From Balanoglossus misakiensis (lineage: Eukaryota > Animalia > Hemichordata), in the NCBI GenBank assembly GCA_040954595.2, contig CM082579.2:5452879-5516878 (forward strand): a DNA stretch of 64,000 nucleotides, read 5' to 3'. A program made the translations under genes and the position numbers. The notes beneath the pieces are model-generated. The model made no database searches. It had not been told where the DNA came from and worked only from the letters and a program-made list of their open reading frames with translations. Shown piece after piece: positions 53,201-64,000 of the stretch; the first letter of the stretch is position 1, and the number at the start of each line of letters is the position of its first letter.

Positions 53201-56200
53201 ACGTACCTAAAATTTCAGTAAGATCATATATGTGAATGGGTGGGTCATTTGAACCAACTGCCAGCCAATTCCTGCAGTTTGATTGGCCCTCGCCAGAAGC
53301 ACCTGGTGGGTAGTGGCTCTGTGATTGGCCAGCGCCTTTCTTGTTTGCCCAGTCAGGGTACCATGTTATACAGTTGATGATTTTGTAGTGGACATGGATT
53401 GAGCACAACAGCAGCAGGTTTGGTGCAAGAAAGATTTCAACAGACCTGGATCAATGGAAAAAATGTCTGTAAGTTGTCTGGTGGGAAAAAAATACCAGTG
53501 ACCTGTGGAGTATTAAAGTTACAATGTTATGTGTGGTTTCAGCAAACATATATACGATTTTGAAAACTAAAATGGAAAGATAACAAGCATAAAATGTGTG
53601 TAAATTGAATACTATCTATGTAAAACAAACAATTTAAAACGATATCCTACCCGTCATCATTGCCAATGGCTACAACCGATTCGTCTGGTTTCCATGCCAA
53701 CTCTGTCCTCTGAGGTAACTTGTGCTGACATGGCAATAAAAGGAGATGCATTTGAAAACTCAATGAATGAAAAATTGGCTTATGAATTGATTTTGAACTT
53801 GGTGGCTATTCAAACCTGTAATAATCTGTATACATGTATATTTCATAATGGTACATGTATACTTACTTTGGTGTTGTTTGTTTTCCTGATCAAATTATTG
53901 ATATCCTCAGCATCATCATAAATTTTATACGGATTGTGTTGCAGAATGATTCCATCACCACCACAGCTATATACACTCTGGGTCAGATTTCCCGTCTTGC
54001 CCTCTGTGACAGTGAAACCACAAAGAAATTCAATCCATCCATGCAAAGAGCTGGGCACTCAGTCAATAAGTTATGTGATTGTGAGCTCAACGGCTGACAG
54101 AATATTCCTCCTATGACAGAGCCTCATTGAGATACCCTGCTTCCTTAGAAGAAGAATGGTGTGACTGGATTATCAAATGCTACCATTATGGTTAGTTAGA
54201 CCTGTTCTGTGATAACATTCTGATCAGATGGACATTCAAGATGGCTGACTTACCAACACCACAGCAGGGTGGACCCCATCCAACACTGTAGACAGTCTTC
54301 TTGTGGTAGGTACTGGATATGCTAGGCGGCCTGAAACATCAACATAGCATTGACTTTCATTTCAATTCCAAACAAAATAGCCACTAGAATCTCTGCATGT
54401 AATAAAAAAATTCCTCTGTATCTTGAAACTCTTACCTCTGAGCCAGAACATCATAGATACCAACCCTTCCATCATCTGTCCCATACGCCAAGTGGCCTTC
54501 TTTATAAGGGTGCCAACACAGCTGTAAATATCAAAGAAATTATTCAGTCAGCATTTTCCTCAGCAGGCAAGAAAGGTTGTGAGATTACAGGTACAAGCTG
54601 CTTAACCTGTATTTGACCTTTGTGGCCCTGAAATGGGGTTTGCCGATCGTACAGCAATGGCACCCAACCTTAGGGAGGTAACACATCTTATCGCACAGAT
54701 GTGATGGTGCTTTTTCTCAAAGCATTACACATGAATGTGACTATAAGTATGTGATGTTTTACAGCACACACACGGAAATATATGCCTTTGAGCCCTGCAG
54801 TCTGATATTCTACCTCAAGCCCGGGTACGATTTATGTGGATGTACAGTACTCACAGCTGTAACTTTAGACCTGGTGCCTTGCCAGAGTACAGTGACATCA
54901 TAGGCATTGACGGGGGAGGATGTGTTCCAGATGCGTATCATGTTATCTCCCACTCCGATGGCGAGTCTTCCGGCATCAATGGGTGAGGACACCAAGCTGT
55001 AAACAAAGCCACCCAGTGTCGGCACTGTGCACACCACTTTGGAAGACGCCAGATTCCACAGAATTATCTGTGTGCCGAAAAAATGAACAACAATGTAGAA
55101 TTTATATCGAGATCCTTAGTGATGTACTTTTGCTCATATTTGAACTAAAATTATTCGTTACCAAATTGAAACAAAAGGCAGGATTAAGGTTCATATTTTT
55201 GGATTCGAAAATGATTTTTTTAAAGGTGAAAACAAGACTAAGGTGGCAAAGAGCAAAAAAAATCATTGTTCTTCACCTGTCTATCCATAGACATTGTGAC
55301 AACAGTGTTGAAGTCTCTATCGCCACCATGCATAACATTGAATACGATTCTATTGTGTCCTCTGCCATCTCCTTGCCCCATCAGCCTCCATTTCTGCTTG
55401 CCAGGTTTACAGACGTCCCACACCAGTATATCACCTCTGAGGAGAAAGTAAAGGACACCTTTGTAATTGGTATACTAGAAAGTCAAACTTTGAAAGTGCC
55501 TGAAAGTATGGTGAATGTAATACAATACAAAACAATACAAATGCAAGACATACCCATGAGAGCTGGATACTATCTCTCTAGGCCTGTTCTTCGGCCAGTA
55601 AAGACCCACCCACACTCTCGATTTTGAAGGGTCTTCCATCTTTCCTTTGAAGCTACTCGATTTTCCTGGTAACATCAACGTCAAGACAGCCTTGCCCTTG
55701 GACACACTCCAGAGGCGTATGGTTCTGTCTCTGCTGCCAGAGGCTAGGAGACACCCAGTTGTGGACGCAGATCCAGCATTCGGATCATCTTCAGACCCTG
55801 CCATGAAGTGATAAACATGTATTAATTCAAAAGTTTCATACAATTTACAATACAGTGCAATGATATTCCACCTGTAACTCTCAGATAAAAAAATAAACGC
55901 TTCCTGTCTGATGCAGATGAGTTCACTGATCAAGAGAGTACAAACCTTCAAGTTCGTCGGTATCAGCACCCTCATGTGCCTTCTTCTCCTTTTTCTTGAC
56001 AATGTCTTCACCGATGGTGGGTGACCAAGCCAGTGAGTGGATTTCATCGTCGTGACCCCTCAGCTTGTGAATAACGCTACCGCCATTAGAGATGTCAACC
56101 AGGAGAATGTTCCCTTGCTTGTAGCTAAAGCAAAACCAGCACAATCATTTAATTTAATGCACTACTTTCTACTGAGTTCTAATTTTATCGTTCACTGACT

Positions 56201-56824
56201 TTGAGGCTCAGTTGGATTGATTGATGTACTGAGTACAGAATTGAGATACACTTACCCAATAGCACACTGCCTGACATCATGTGGACTACATGCTATGCAA
56301 TATATGTACCCATAGTCAGGGAATATTTGTGTGCTTTCATTGCTGGAATAATTCCAACAGACTATGGCTCCCTTGTCATCTCCTGAAACGATCAGATCTT
56401 TGTCCAAACTTGACCAATCAGCACACGTGATCTTGCTCTGTAAACACATAAAATACAAGTAAATGATGTAAAGATCCATCCATCTTCAAACAGTTCTTTC
56501 GTGTGTTTCCTTTGGTGACTTTCTTACCTGGTGTAGCCTGTGTTCATTCAGTACGACTGGTGCCCTGATATCCCAGACTTTAACGAAGCTGTCGTCTGCT
56601 GCAGTACAGCATAACGAACTATGGCCGCTGTGCTTGCAGAAGACAACAGTTGTCACCTTGTCTGTATGGCCAGTCAACGTGCCTACGAAAGACGGAGGGT
56701 TACTGCGAGTGTTCAGTAGGTATACAAAACTCCTAGCTCCAAAAGCCAGGTCGCCATGATCATTTGCGTCACCTACTTTACTACAGTACCAATTTGGCGA
56801 GGCGGGTAGAATGCTGTCTGTCAT
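47218..56824 (-). CDS. GEMIN5: Gem-associated protein 5 (WD40 repeats, TPR-like dimerisation region, C-terminal region), ~20 exons
   Basis: Starts [15 protein letters not shown] (exon 56824-56528). WD40 segments include [22 protein letters not shown]...[28 protein letters not shown] and [13 protein letters not shown]. The middle has [25 protein letters not shown] large low-complexity exon spans 48950-47566, and the last exon 47430-47218 reads [11 protein letters not shown]...RRK*. Confidence 0.94.
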
Positions 56825-57118
56825 CGCCACTCTTCAAACTGGGAAACGTTGGTCTTTCGCAAAGTTCATGGGGGCAGCCATGTTGAATTGTATTTGTTTA
56901 CGGCATGTCGCAATCTTTGATATTGATGCAAACTTTGTGGCTCTGAATATTTTTGTTGAGTTATGCAATAAAATTAACGGGTAAAATAATACTCATTTAC
57001 AAGATATCTGCGTTTCTATAGTCTAAATAAGCATCTTTGAACTTCCACTACAAATGCACTTTTTGCGACTAGTTACCGCAAAGTTGCAGTGCCCTGCGCG
57101 GATAAGCCAAAGGTGAAC
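56825..57118. promoter_or_regulatory. Bidirectional promoter GEMIN5/MRPL22 (~295 bp between start codons)
   Basis: Divergent ATGs, with mirrored YY1-like AACATGGCTGC motifs at 56884-56874(-) and 57116-57126(+). Confidence 0.6.
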
Positions 57119-58962
57119 ATGGCTGCAGCATTGAAAACAGGCATGTCTCTTGAAAGTACATTGTGATCTTTTATTTGAGTGATGTTTCATTTCATGCTTT
57201 ATACATGATGACAAGTGTTGATGATAACAACTATTCATTTTCCCTTTTCAGCGGGATGTGGAGTCTACGTGTGCGAAAACATTTGCAGGTATGGTTGTAG
57301 TGCATTCCAATGATCCAGGCAGGGACCCCCCCCCCCCCCATATAAACACCCAACGCAACTGTTAGTGTTAGTTGTATAGTACTTTGAAGGGGGTTGTCTG
57401 ACTAATTATTGTCTGCATAATCTGGGCAGCAAATTTATAGCCAGTTTGTTGAACATACAAGAGAGATCCTTCCATGTCCCTAGTGATACTTTGCAGGGAT
57501 GTTGTACTGGCATTATCAACATCTATGAACTCACAATAGTACTTACTAGTGATCATCTTTAAAACTACCGTATATTTCAAACAATTATATTCACAGGTAT
57601 ATACTTTCGAAGACAAGTCCTACATTAGTACCACGTAATGCACTACACACAACAGCAGCTGTGCTCAAGGGACCCAAACTATGGGAAGCCAAAAATAAAG
57701 TTGTGTATCCACCCCAGGAAGAAGGCGAAGAACCAAGGCTAGCTGTAAGTATATAGTATGTGGACACAGAATATAGTTGACAAATACTGACTTGGCTGCT
57801 TAACATATTTGAGGATTTTGATGACTACACAGGGATAATTCCCTAACAATTTATATTTGATGTTTCACGATCAGATGTTCTGCTTTTTCAGGAAATTTAT
57901 CACTGCAGAAGGCAGATCAAGTATAGCCCGAGGAAAATGTGGTACATTGCAACATTTGTAAGTATTTTGGTTAAAATAAATAATCAGAGAGCTATAGAAA
58001 ATTCAAGTATAGTCACATTCTTAGGTGAAAACAAGTCTCCAGTAGTAGCCAGAAATGTGACAGGCTAAGTGACAGTCGTTAAGGGGAACTATATTTTCCC
58101 CGGTCAAAGGTCAAAGGTCTAACACCACCCTTTTTTCTGATCTCTTCATTTATCTCAGGTGAAAGGCATGTGGATTGATGATGCAATAGCGCAGTTACAG
58201 TTTGTCAACAAGAAAGGTGCAAAGATAGTCAGTGAGGTGAGTTAATCATGGCTCATACAGATGGGGTCCGTAGGGTCATCAGTGACAGTTTCGACATGTT
58301 AATTCTATTTAAGGGATCGTATTAACTATTTTGTTGATTGTTTGTGCATCAGAAGATGTTTATACATATTTAACTGTCTGGTATCTACCATAATTTTTCG
58401 TCCCCAGATACTTTTGGAGGCACAAGAAAAAGCTGTCAAACATCACAATGTTGAATTCAAATCAAATCTACACATAGGTATGTCCTCATGTTTTACTACA
58501 AAAGTAGGACAATGCCGATGGTGTGTTAATAAATAGAAAAGTTGTACATGTTCACTTCAGACAACCCCCCCCCCCCTCCCTCCCCCTGTAATGTTATGTG
58601 GAGGGGGTATAATTTAAGATTCTAATAATCCCATCTGTGGAAATCAGCAGTGAGAAAGGTCAAACAGTTTTTATTGTCATGGTGAACATAATGTGAAGAA
58701 TGATCTTTGATAAAGACACTAACTAATGTTTGCATATGACTGATTTCTTACAGAACGTTCCTTTTCCGGGAAGGGGCTGTATGAACATGCCATCAAGTTC
58801 CACGGCAGGGGTGGCACTGGTCTTGCTAGTATAGTCTACTGTCATTACTTTGTCAAACTCAAAGAAGGCCCTCCAACCCCGAAACAGATTGTGACGGGCC
58901 ACGACAAAGCAAGGGAATATTTGGGAGAACTGAGACAAAGGACGATTATTCATGGATTGTAA
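57119..58962 (+). CDS. MRPL22: Mitochondrial ribosomal protein uL22m, 7 exons
   Basis: Exons 57119-57140, 57252-57288, 57597-57744, 57892-57957, 58159-58236, 58408-58477 and 58754-58962 give ...WEAKNKVVYPPQ...EIYHCRRQIKYSPRKMWYIA...[37 protein letters not shown]...FHGRG...YCHYFVKLKEGPP...RTIIHGL*. The first two exons are less certain. Confidence 0.93.
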
Positions 58963-60341
58963 ATTATTTTTTGTAGCTTGACTTTTACAGATTTTTTATC
59001 GATTCAGTTTGGTTCAACGACACCTTTGATTGTGTCCGTTTATTCGATGGAGTCATGGTCGCATTGATTTTGTTTCAAGCCGATTCCACTGTGTCTGTGA
59101 CTCAATGCTGTTGGCTGTCGTTGGGGGCGCTAGACTGCCAAAATAAAGCATTTTGCTTGTACATATACGCGGGTATTTGTCTGTGAGAAAGGACGAGTGA
59201 AAGTAAGGCAAAAGTAGTCTCTATCATGCATGATATAAAAGTATGTGCAAAATTGTGTACATCTGCAAGGGCCCATTTTCTGATGGTTGTGATAAGTATA
59301 CTGATTACTATTTTTATATTTAAAAAAATAGCCTTACACATGGTGACAATGGCGTTCTGAAGAACCAAACCTTTGCGAGTAACTTGACTGATAAAGAAAG
59401 TCCACTGTAAAATCTGAAAAAGATTAGATGGAGTTATATCAACTGGGTGTATGTCCGCGGGAGAAATCGATGTCGTCGTCAAATCTGCAGGGGCGTTTGT
59501 AGCCAGAGACATGTTACGTATACCGATAGCTATATGTAACTAGCTGAGATAGTATTCCGATAGATCAGCATTCCCGGAGATTATATTTTAATAAACCTTG
59601 ACCTTTGGAATTTGATGTTCAAAGATTCCAGTTGGTGTTGGTCGAGATTATCGTCGACAACCCTGTACGTGAAGTGGTGACGCCAAGATTTATATAAATC
59701 CCTGGGTACCGCGTTCTCATACAGGTGTGCAGTTATTATTTTTCAGCCGGAAAACTTGTCCAAATACCGGGTTGTATCCGGCATCACTAGTGTCAAACTG
59801 GTTGATAGGGCTGATCTGGTTTCCATGCAGGTCTCAAGTAGAAAATGGGTGTAAATCACGTCATTGCCGAAAACGAAAACCCAACCCAACACAAGAAAAC
59901 AAAACAACGTAACACTCAAGAAGAAATTTGAAGGTGTCTTTATGCCCAGACGAGACCAAATATCACAATTCCTATCATCAGAATGTATTCTTAATTTTAT
60001 TCAAAATTCCTCCACAGATTTTTACCAAACAGTAAGGTGTCGCAAACCAAGATTGCCTGCGAATGCAGGAATGCCAAGCAACATTTTGTTGATTTGCCAA
60101 ATCACGGTGAATATCACGAGGTTGTATGATATCGATATTTGTACAGTGCTTGGTGTTATCGCGATATCTCTAAGACCGCTCCATACAGGCGACCAAGGTG
60201 CAAACGAATTCATCAGTCAGTGATCTGAACGGCGGCACAGTTATAAGACATACACTGCATGCGTGTGAGTCTGAGACAGTAGAAAGCTTAGGTCCACACG
60301 TCTCCGCTTATCCTCGTCCACACTTTGCACCTGAAGTTACT

Positions 60342-62002
60342 ATGGCAATGCACGTTACGATGCTTGCATTTACCGCAATGGTAGTTTTCTTACCGTGTGC
60401 ACTTGCCTTTGGGTCAGGGGCGCCTCCCAGTGCCTGTACGTCGATGACACCCGGTCATGTCGACACAATTAACGGCACCGCGTTGGAGCCCCAGGACACA
60501 AATTCCAGTCCATATTCCGTGGTTCCAAGCTCAACAGACTACTCCTCGGGGGAAGTGATCACAGGTAATCAGATTTCTTTCTTTTTTATTGGCCTACTGC
60601 TACTAGTATATCAAATCTATCAAACAGTGCAGTGTTGTGCGTTCATAAGTTGTATGTTAGGTCCACAGTCGTCTACTGGCAGTTTGTGGCCTTCCTGTGT
60701 CTTTATGATCATAAACTGATTTTTAATACCGCAGAATTCATAACCGAATTTTTAACCGGACTATACTTCTGCTGTGAGCTGAAATGCTAAAATGGACGTC
60801 CGTGAGGAATTCTTTGCAGAATTCACTCATAATATAAGTATAGGAGATTGTAAAAAAAGTCGCTGAGTAAATAGATTTTGTTTACATGTCTCTGTCGCTA
60901 AGAAGGCCACTCAAACTTTGGTAGGCTTTGAACTTCGATATTGACCACATGAAGGGAATGTACCCTGAGTCAAGACAAACATGAACACCAATAATAATAA
61001 GAAGCAAAACGTGTATTTTCGCTAATGACGCTTGTTTCGCCAATATATTGTGTGTAAATAAATATTTGAAGGAAACACTGAATAATTGCGTACCATCGCA
61101 GGTGCGTTCAAAGCTTTCAAAACCTTACTGGGATCGGCTGTTTATCGTTGACTGACACAGAGGCGCAAAAATGACTTGTAATGTTACTTTTTTTCACAGT
61201 CACCGTTCAGGGTGGTGACTACAGAGGAGTTTTGCTCAAAGTGCGCAAAGTAGGAGACACAGCCCCCGTCGGTAAATGGAGCAGCCCGCCCGCAAACACC
61301 AAACTGATGACATGCACTAGTGCCGACGATGCTGTAACTCATGCAAATACAGCCATCAAAGGCGAAGATGCGGTGTACACGTGGACGGCTCCAGACGATG
61401 TTGGGATCGTTCAGTTCGTGTAAGTGAAAACTGGCCATCTCAAATTCCTTTGCCTTTTCTTGGGGGGGGGGGTGTACAACACCCTACAGTTGTTTTTGAT
61501 TGGTCAGTTCCTATTGTCAAATCACTTCTCAAACGGATGTTCAACAGGTGCACGAACGATGTAGGCTTAACCAATGAGCATGGCTCAGCTGGTAGAGTCG
61601 ACGGGCCGCTCGTTAAAAAACATGTACGCGTTTTTGAACATTCACTTTTCATCCTGCCAACAGAGCCACCGTCGCTGAAAACCACGATATCTACTGGGTC
61701 GGACTGACTTCGGACGAAGTGACATTCAACAGAGCTGTCACGGGTACGTCATTCTGGCTTGGAGACGTCATCACCGTCTGATCAGTCGCACGTTGCATGC
61801 TTTTTATTTTCAGTTCAGTTTGCATAAGTCTTGTTCGAAATCCACCATCGAGAAATTATATTGTGATATTGTGATCCGCCCGTTTTGGCAACCATGGTTT
61901 TCGATCGATCGAATTTTCTTTTTTTCTCCCACAGGTGCGACATCAAACACTCTGCTTCTACTCTTGGCGATCGCATTTGTGTTCTTGGGAAAATACATGT
62001 AG
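60342..62002 (+). CDS. Reeler-domain protein ('putative defense protein' type) with signal peptide and C-terminal hydrophobic tail
   Basis: Exons 60342-60564, 61200-61419, 61664-61743 and 61935-62002. Signal peptide, then FGSGAPPSACTSMTPGH, YRGVLLKVR, CTSADDAVTH, WTAP, FVATV...YW, and a final GATSNTLLLLLAIAFVFLGKYM*. Confidence 0.88.
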
Positions 62003-63166
62003 ACGAATTGTACACATGACGTTAACTTTAATGTCCGGACCTGAAAAGATACCACGATGTACAGACCGGTCGTGCAGCACACATGTAAACCCAGTTGCGC
62101 AACGGAGTTTTCGGAAAAGATTGTTTTATATTCTCTTTCTGTATAATAAAAAATTGTAAGCTTATATTCGCTGTTTCTGTTGTTCATAGCATGTAGCTGT
62201 GAGTCGAAGATTTAAGGTCATGTAGGGGTCATGGAAATGGCTTATTGGTCGGGTGTGTGCATCGATACACGCAATTAATATACAGGCGATCATGGCGACA
62301 GAGTAACCAGTCTACTTTGCATCACAGCCGGTCCCAATGCTGGTCAAAATTAATAACACTGTTGTCATAGCTGCCTACGAACACAATGCGCACGGAATTA
62401 TATTTGTTGTGTTTGACTCAGAAAATTCATCATTGTGTCATTGGACAAAGAAAAACGACAAATACAGCGGGTGCGTAATGCACGTATTATCATTATGTCG
62501 ATAATTCCCCACCTAGTATCTAACTGCAATTATCCAATCCAACGCGTTTAACCCTTTCAGCGCGCTATAGTTAACTTATTGTCATTTTATGCAAGTCAAC
62601 CGGGTTTGTTTAACAACTAGTATGTGGGAAAGAAAATTGATGATATATCCGCTTTTACTGGGAGTTTTTTTTATTGTTCCATACAGGTATAACACGACTG
62701 CAATTATTCGGGGGCGAGGTAATTGCTTATAACATGTCTAATGCAATTGAGGAGAAAGAAATTGTTGAAACTAAACAAACTGACAAATACAGCGAGTGTG
62801 CGGACGTATGTACCCTGCCGACATTATGTCCACATGCGATTACCCAAAAATAGTTTTAGAAGTGTGTTTTGAAAGTCTGCTATAGGTTTTTGAAACAGCA
62901 CAGAGAATTTGGCGAATTATATACTTGTACGATAAAGAAGATTGATCTGTAATTATCTTCGCCTATTCCGTACGCCTGCTGCATACTTAATTTTCATACA
63001 CAATACGGGTATAAACTGATTTGGTGCAGAATAAAATCTAAAGATCAACCCCACACGACAAAACATAAGAGCAGCAATAGTCATAGTGAAAAGTACATGT
63101 AACTCCAACCAGTCAAACCATCAATTTTGCCGATCCGTATAATTCTGCTTCTAAACACGACCAATT

Positions 63167-63775
63167 ATGAAGGCTGTGATTTTCACCTTCGCGGCGCTCG
63201 CTTCCACCCTTTTGCCGCGTGTACTGGCCTACGGGTCGGGAGCCCCGCGTGAAGCTTGTAGAAGCATGGAGCTTGTCCATCGGCGTGCAGCTGGAACCTC
63301 GGCAGGCGAAGAGCACTCATACAGGGTGGTTGCCAGCTCGTCGACTTATGCTCCCGGTGACGTCATAGCAGGTGAGATCACGATTTACTGAACTGTCATT
63401 TCGAATACCACAACACTTTCTCGTTATGATGAAATCGCGGTTTTCTCGGTACACTCTGAGGAGAAATATGTAGATATTTTACTTTGGTTTGAAAGCTTAG
63501 CGAATGTGCAGCATGTGTTTTGTCAGGCTCTGTGTGTTCTATATACCCACAGTTAAGATTGACGGTGGTGAGTACCGAGGCATTTTGCTCCAAGCTAGAG
63601 AGGTTGGCGGACACACCCCCATAGGTACTTGGAGTAACCCGCCCAACAACACCAAACTCATGACGTGCAGCAACACAGACGATGCCGTGACACACTCAAA
63701 CCCGGATGAAAAGAACTCAGACGCTACATATTACTGGACTGCGCCAGACGAAGAGCGTGGAAACATTGAATTTGT
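63167..63775 (+). CDS. Second Reeler-domain protein, tandem paralog (3' exons beyond the window)
   Basis: Exons 63167-63371 and 63553-63775. Signal peptide, YGSGAPREACRSM, YRGILLQAR, CSNTDDAVTHS, WTAP, IEFV. Intron positions and phases match the first copy. Confidence 0.87.
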
Positions 63776-64000
63776 GTAAGTAAAGATATGGTTCGGCTGT
63801 AAACTCTGTCCGTTTTATGTAGGGAAGTAAATGCTCATCCCCGTTTGCTTTGCATAATGTTTTAGCAACCCTCACATCTCAGAGTCTTCTATATACATAG
63901 AGAGAATGAATCAGAATAACTGTTAGATGAATAGTGTAAGGCTACTTATTTATGTGGGCTCACAGCGGTATAGGCTGGGTCCGTTTTGTGTATGTCGTAT

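Noticed and set aside
54920-55627. 235-aa plus-strand ORF, and other ORFs antisense to GEMIN5, PPEF and RAP1 exons
   Set aside because: Shadow frames crossing intron/exon boundaries of real genes, with no motifs.
59500-62700. NF-kB- or STAT-like sites upstream of the Reeler genes
   Set aside because: Only partial matches (TTCCCGGAG, GGGAGTTTTT); not distinguishable from chance.
1-64000. CRISPR arrays, rRNA, autonomous transposons or prokaryotic-type systems
   Set aside because: None seen. The DNA is spliceosomal animal sequence without repeat-spacer arrays or transposase/RT ORFs.

Overview
AT-rich, intron-containing animal genomic DNA, most likely an invertebrate deuterostome (inferred from vertebrate-like gene content and neighbourhoods, not proven). 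Spliced gene models built by hand, left to right: 3' end of cytoplasmic leucyl-tRNA synthetase LARS1 (+); a PPEF/rdgC Ca2+/calmodulin-regulated Ser/Thr phosphatase (+) with a long upstream region rich in RFX X-box-like motifs; then three consecutive head-to-head gene pairs, TIMM10B(-)/arfaptin(+), TIMM8(-)/TERF2IP-RAP1(+) and GEMIN5(-)/MRPL22(+); and two tandem Reeler-domain 'defense protein' genes (+), the second cut off by the window end. I found no convincing novel biological system. The best observations are two head-to-head pairs also adjacent in human, a GC-AG intron needed to keep the RAP1 Myb domain in frame, a greatly expanded repeat-containing RAP1 linker, candidate alternative PPEF first exons (acylated vs non-acylated), a high-GC3 island in one arfaptin exon, and a ~0.5 kb TIR element. 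All homology calls come from remembered motifs, not database searches.
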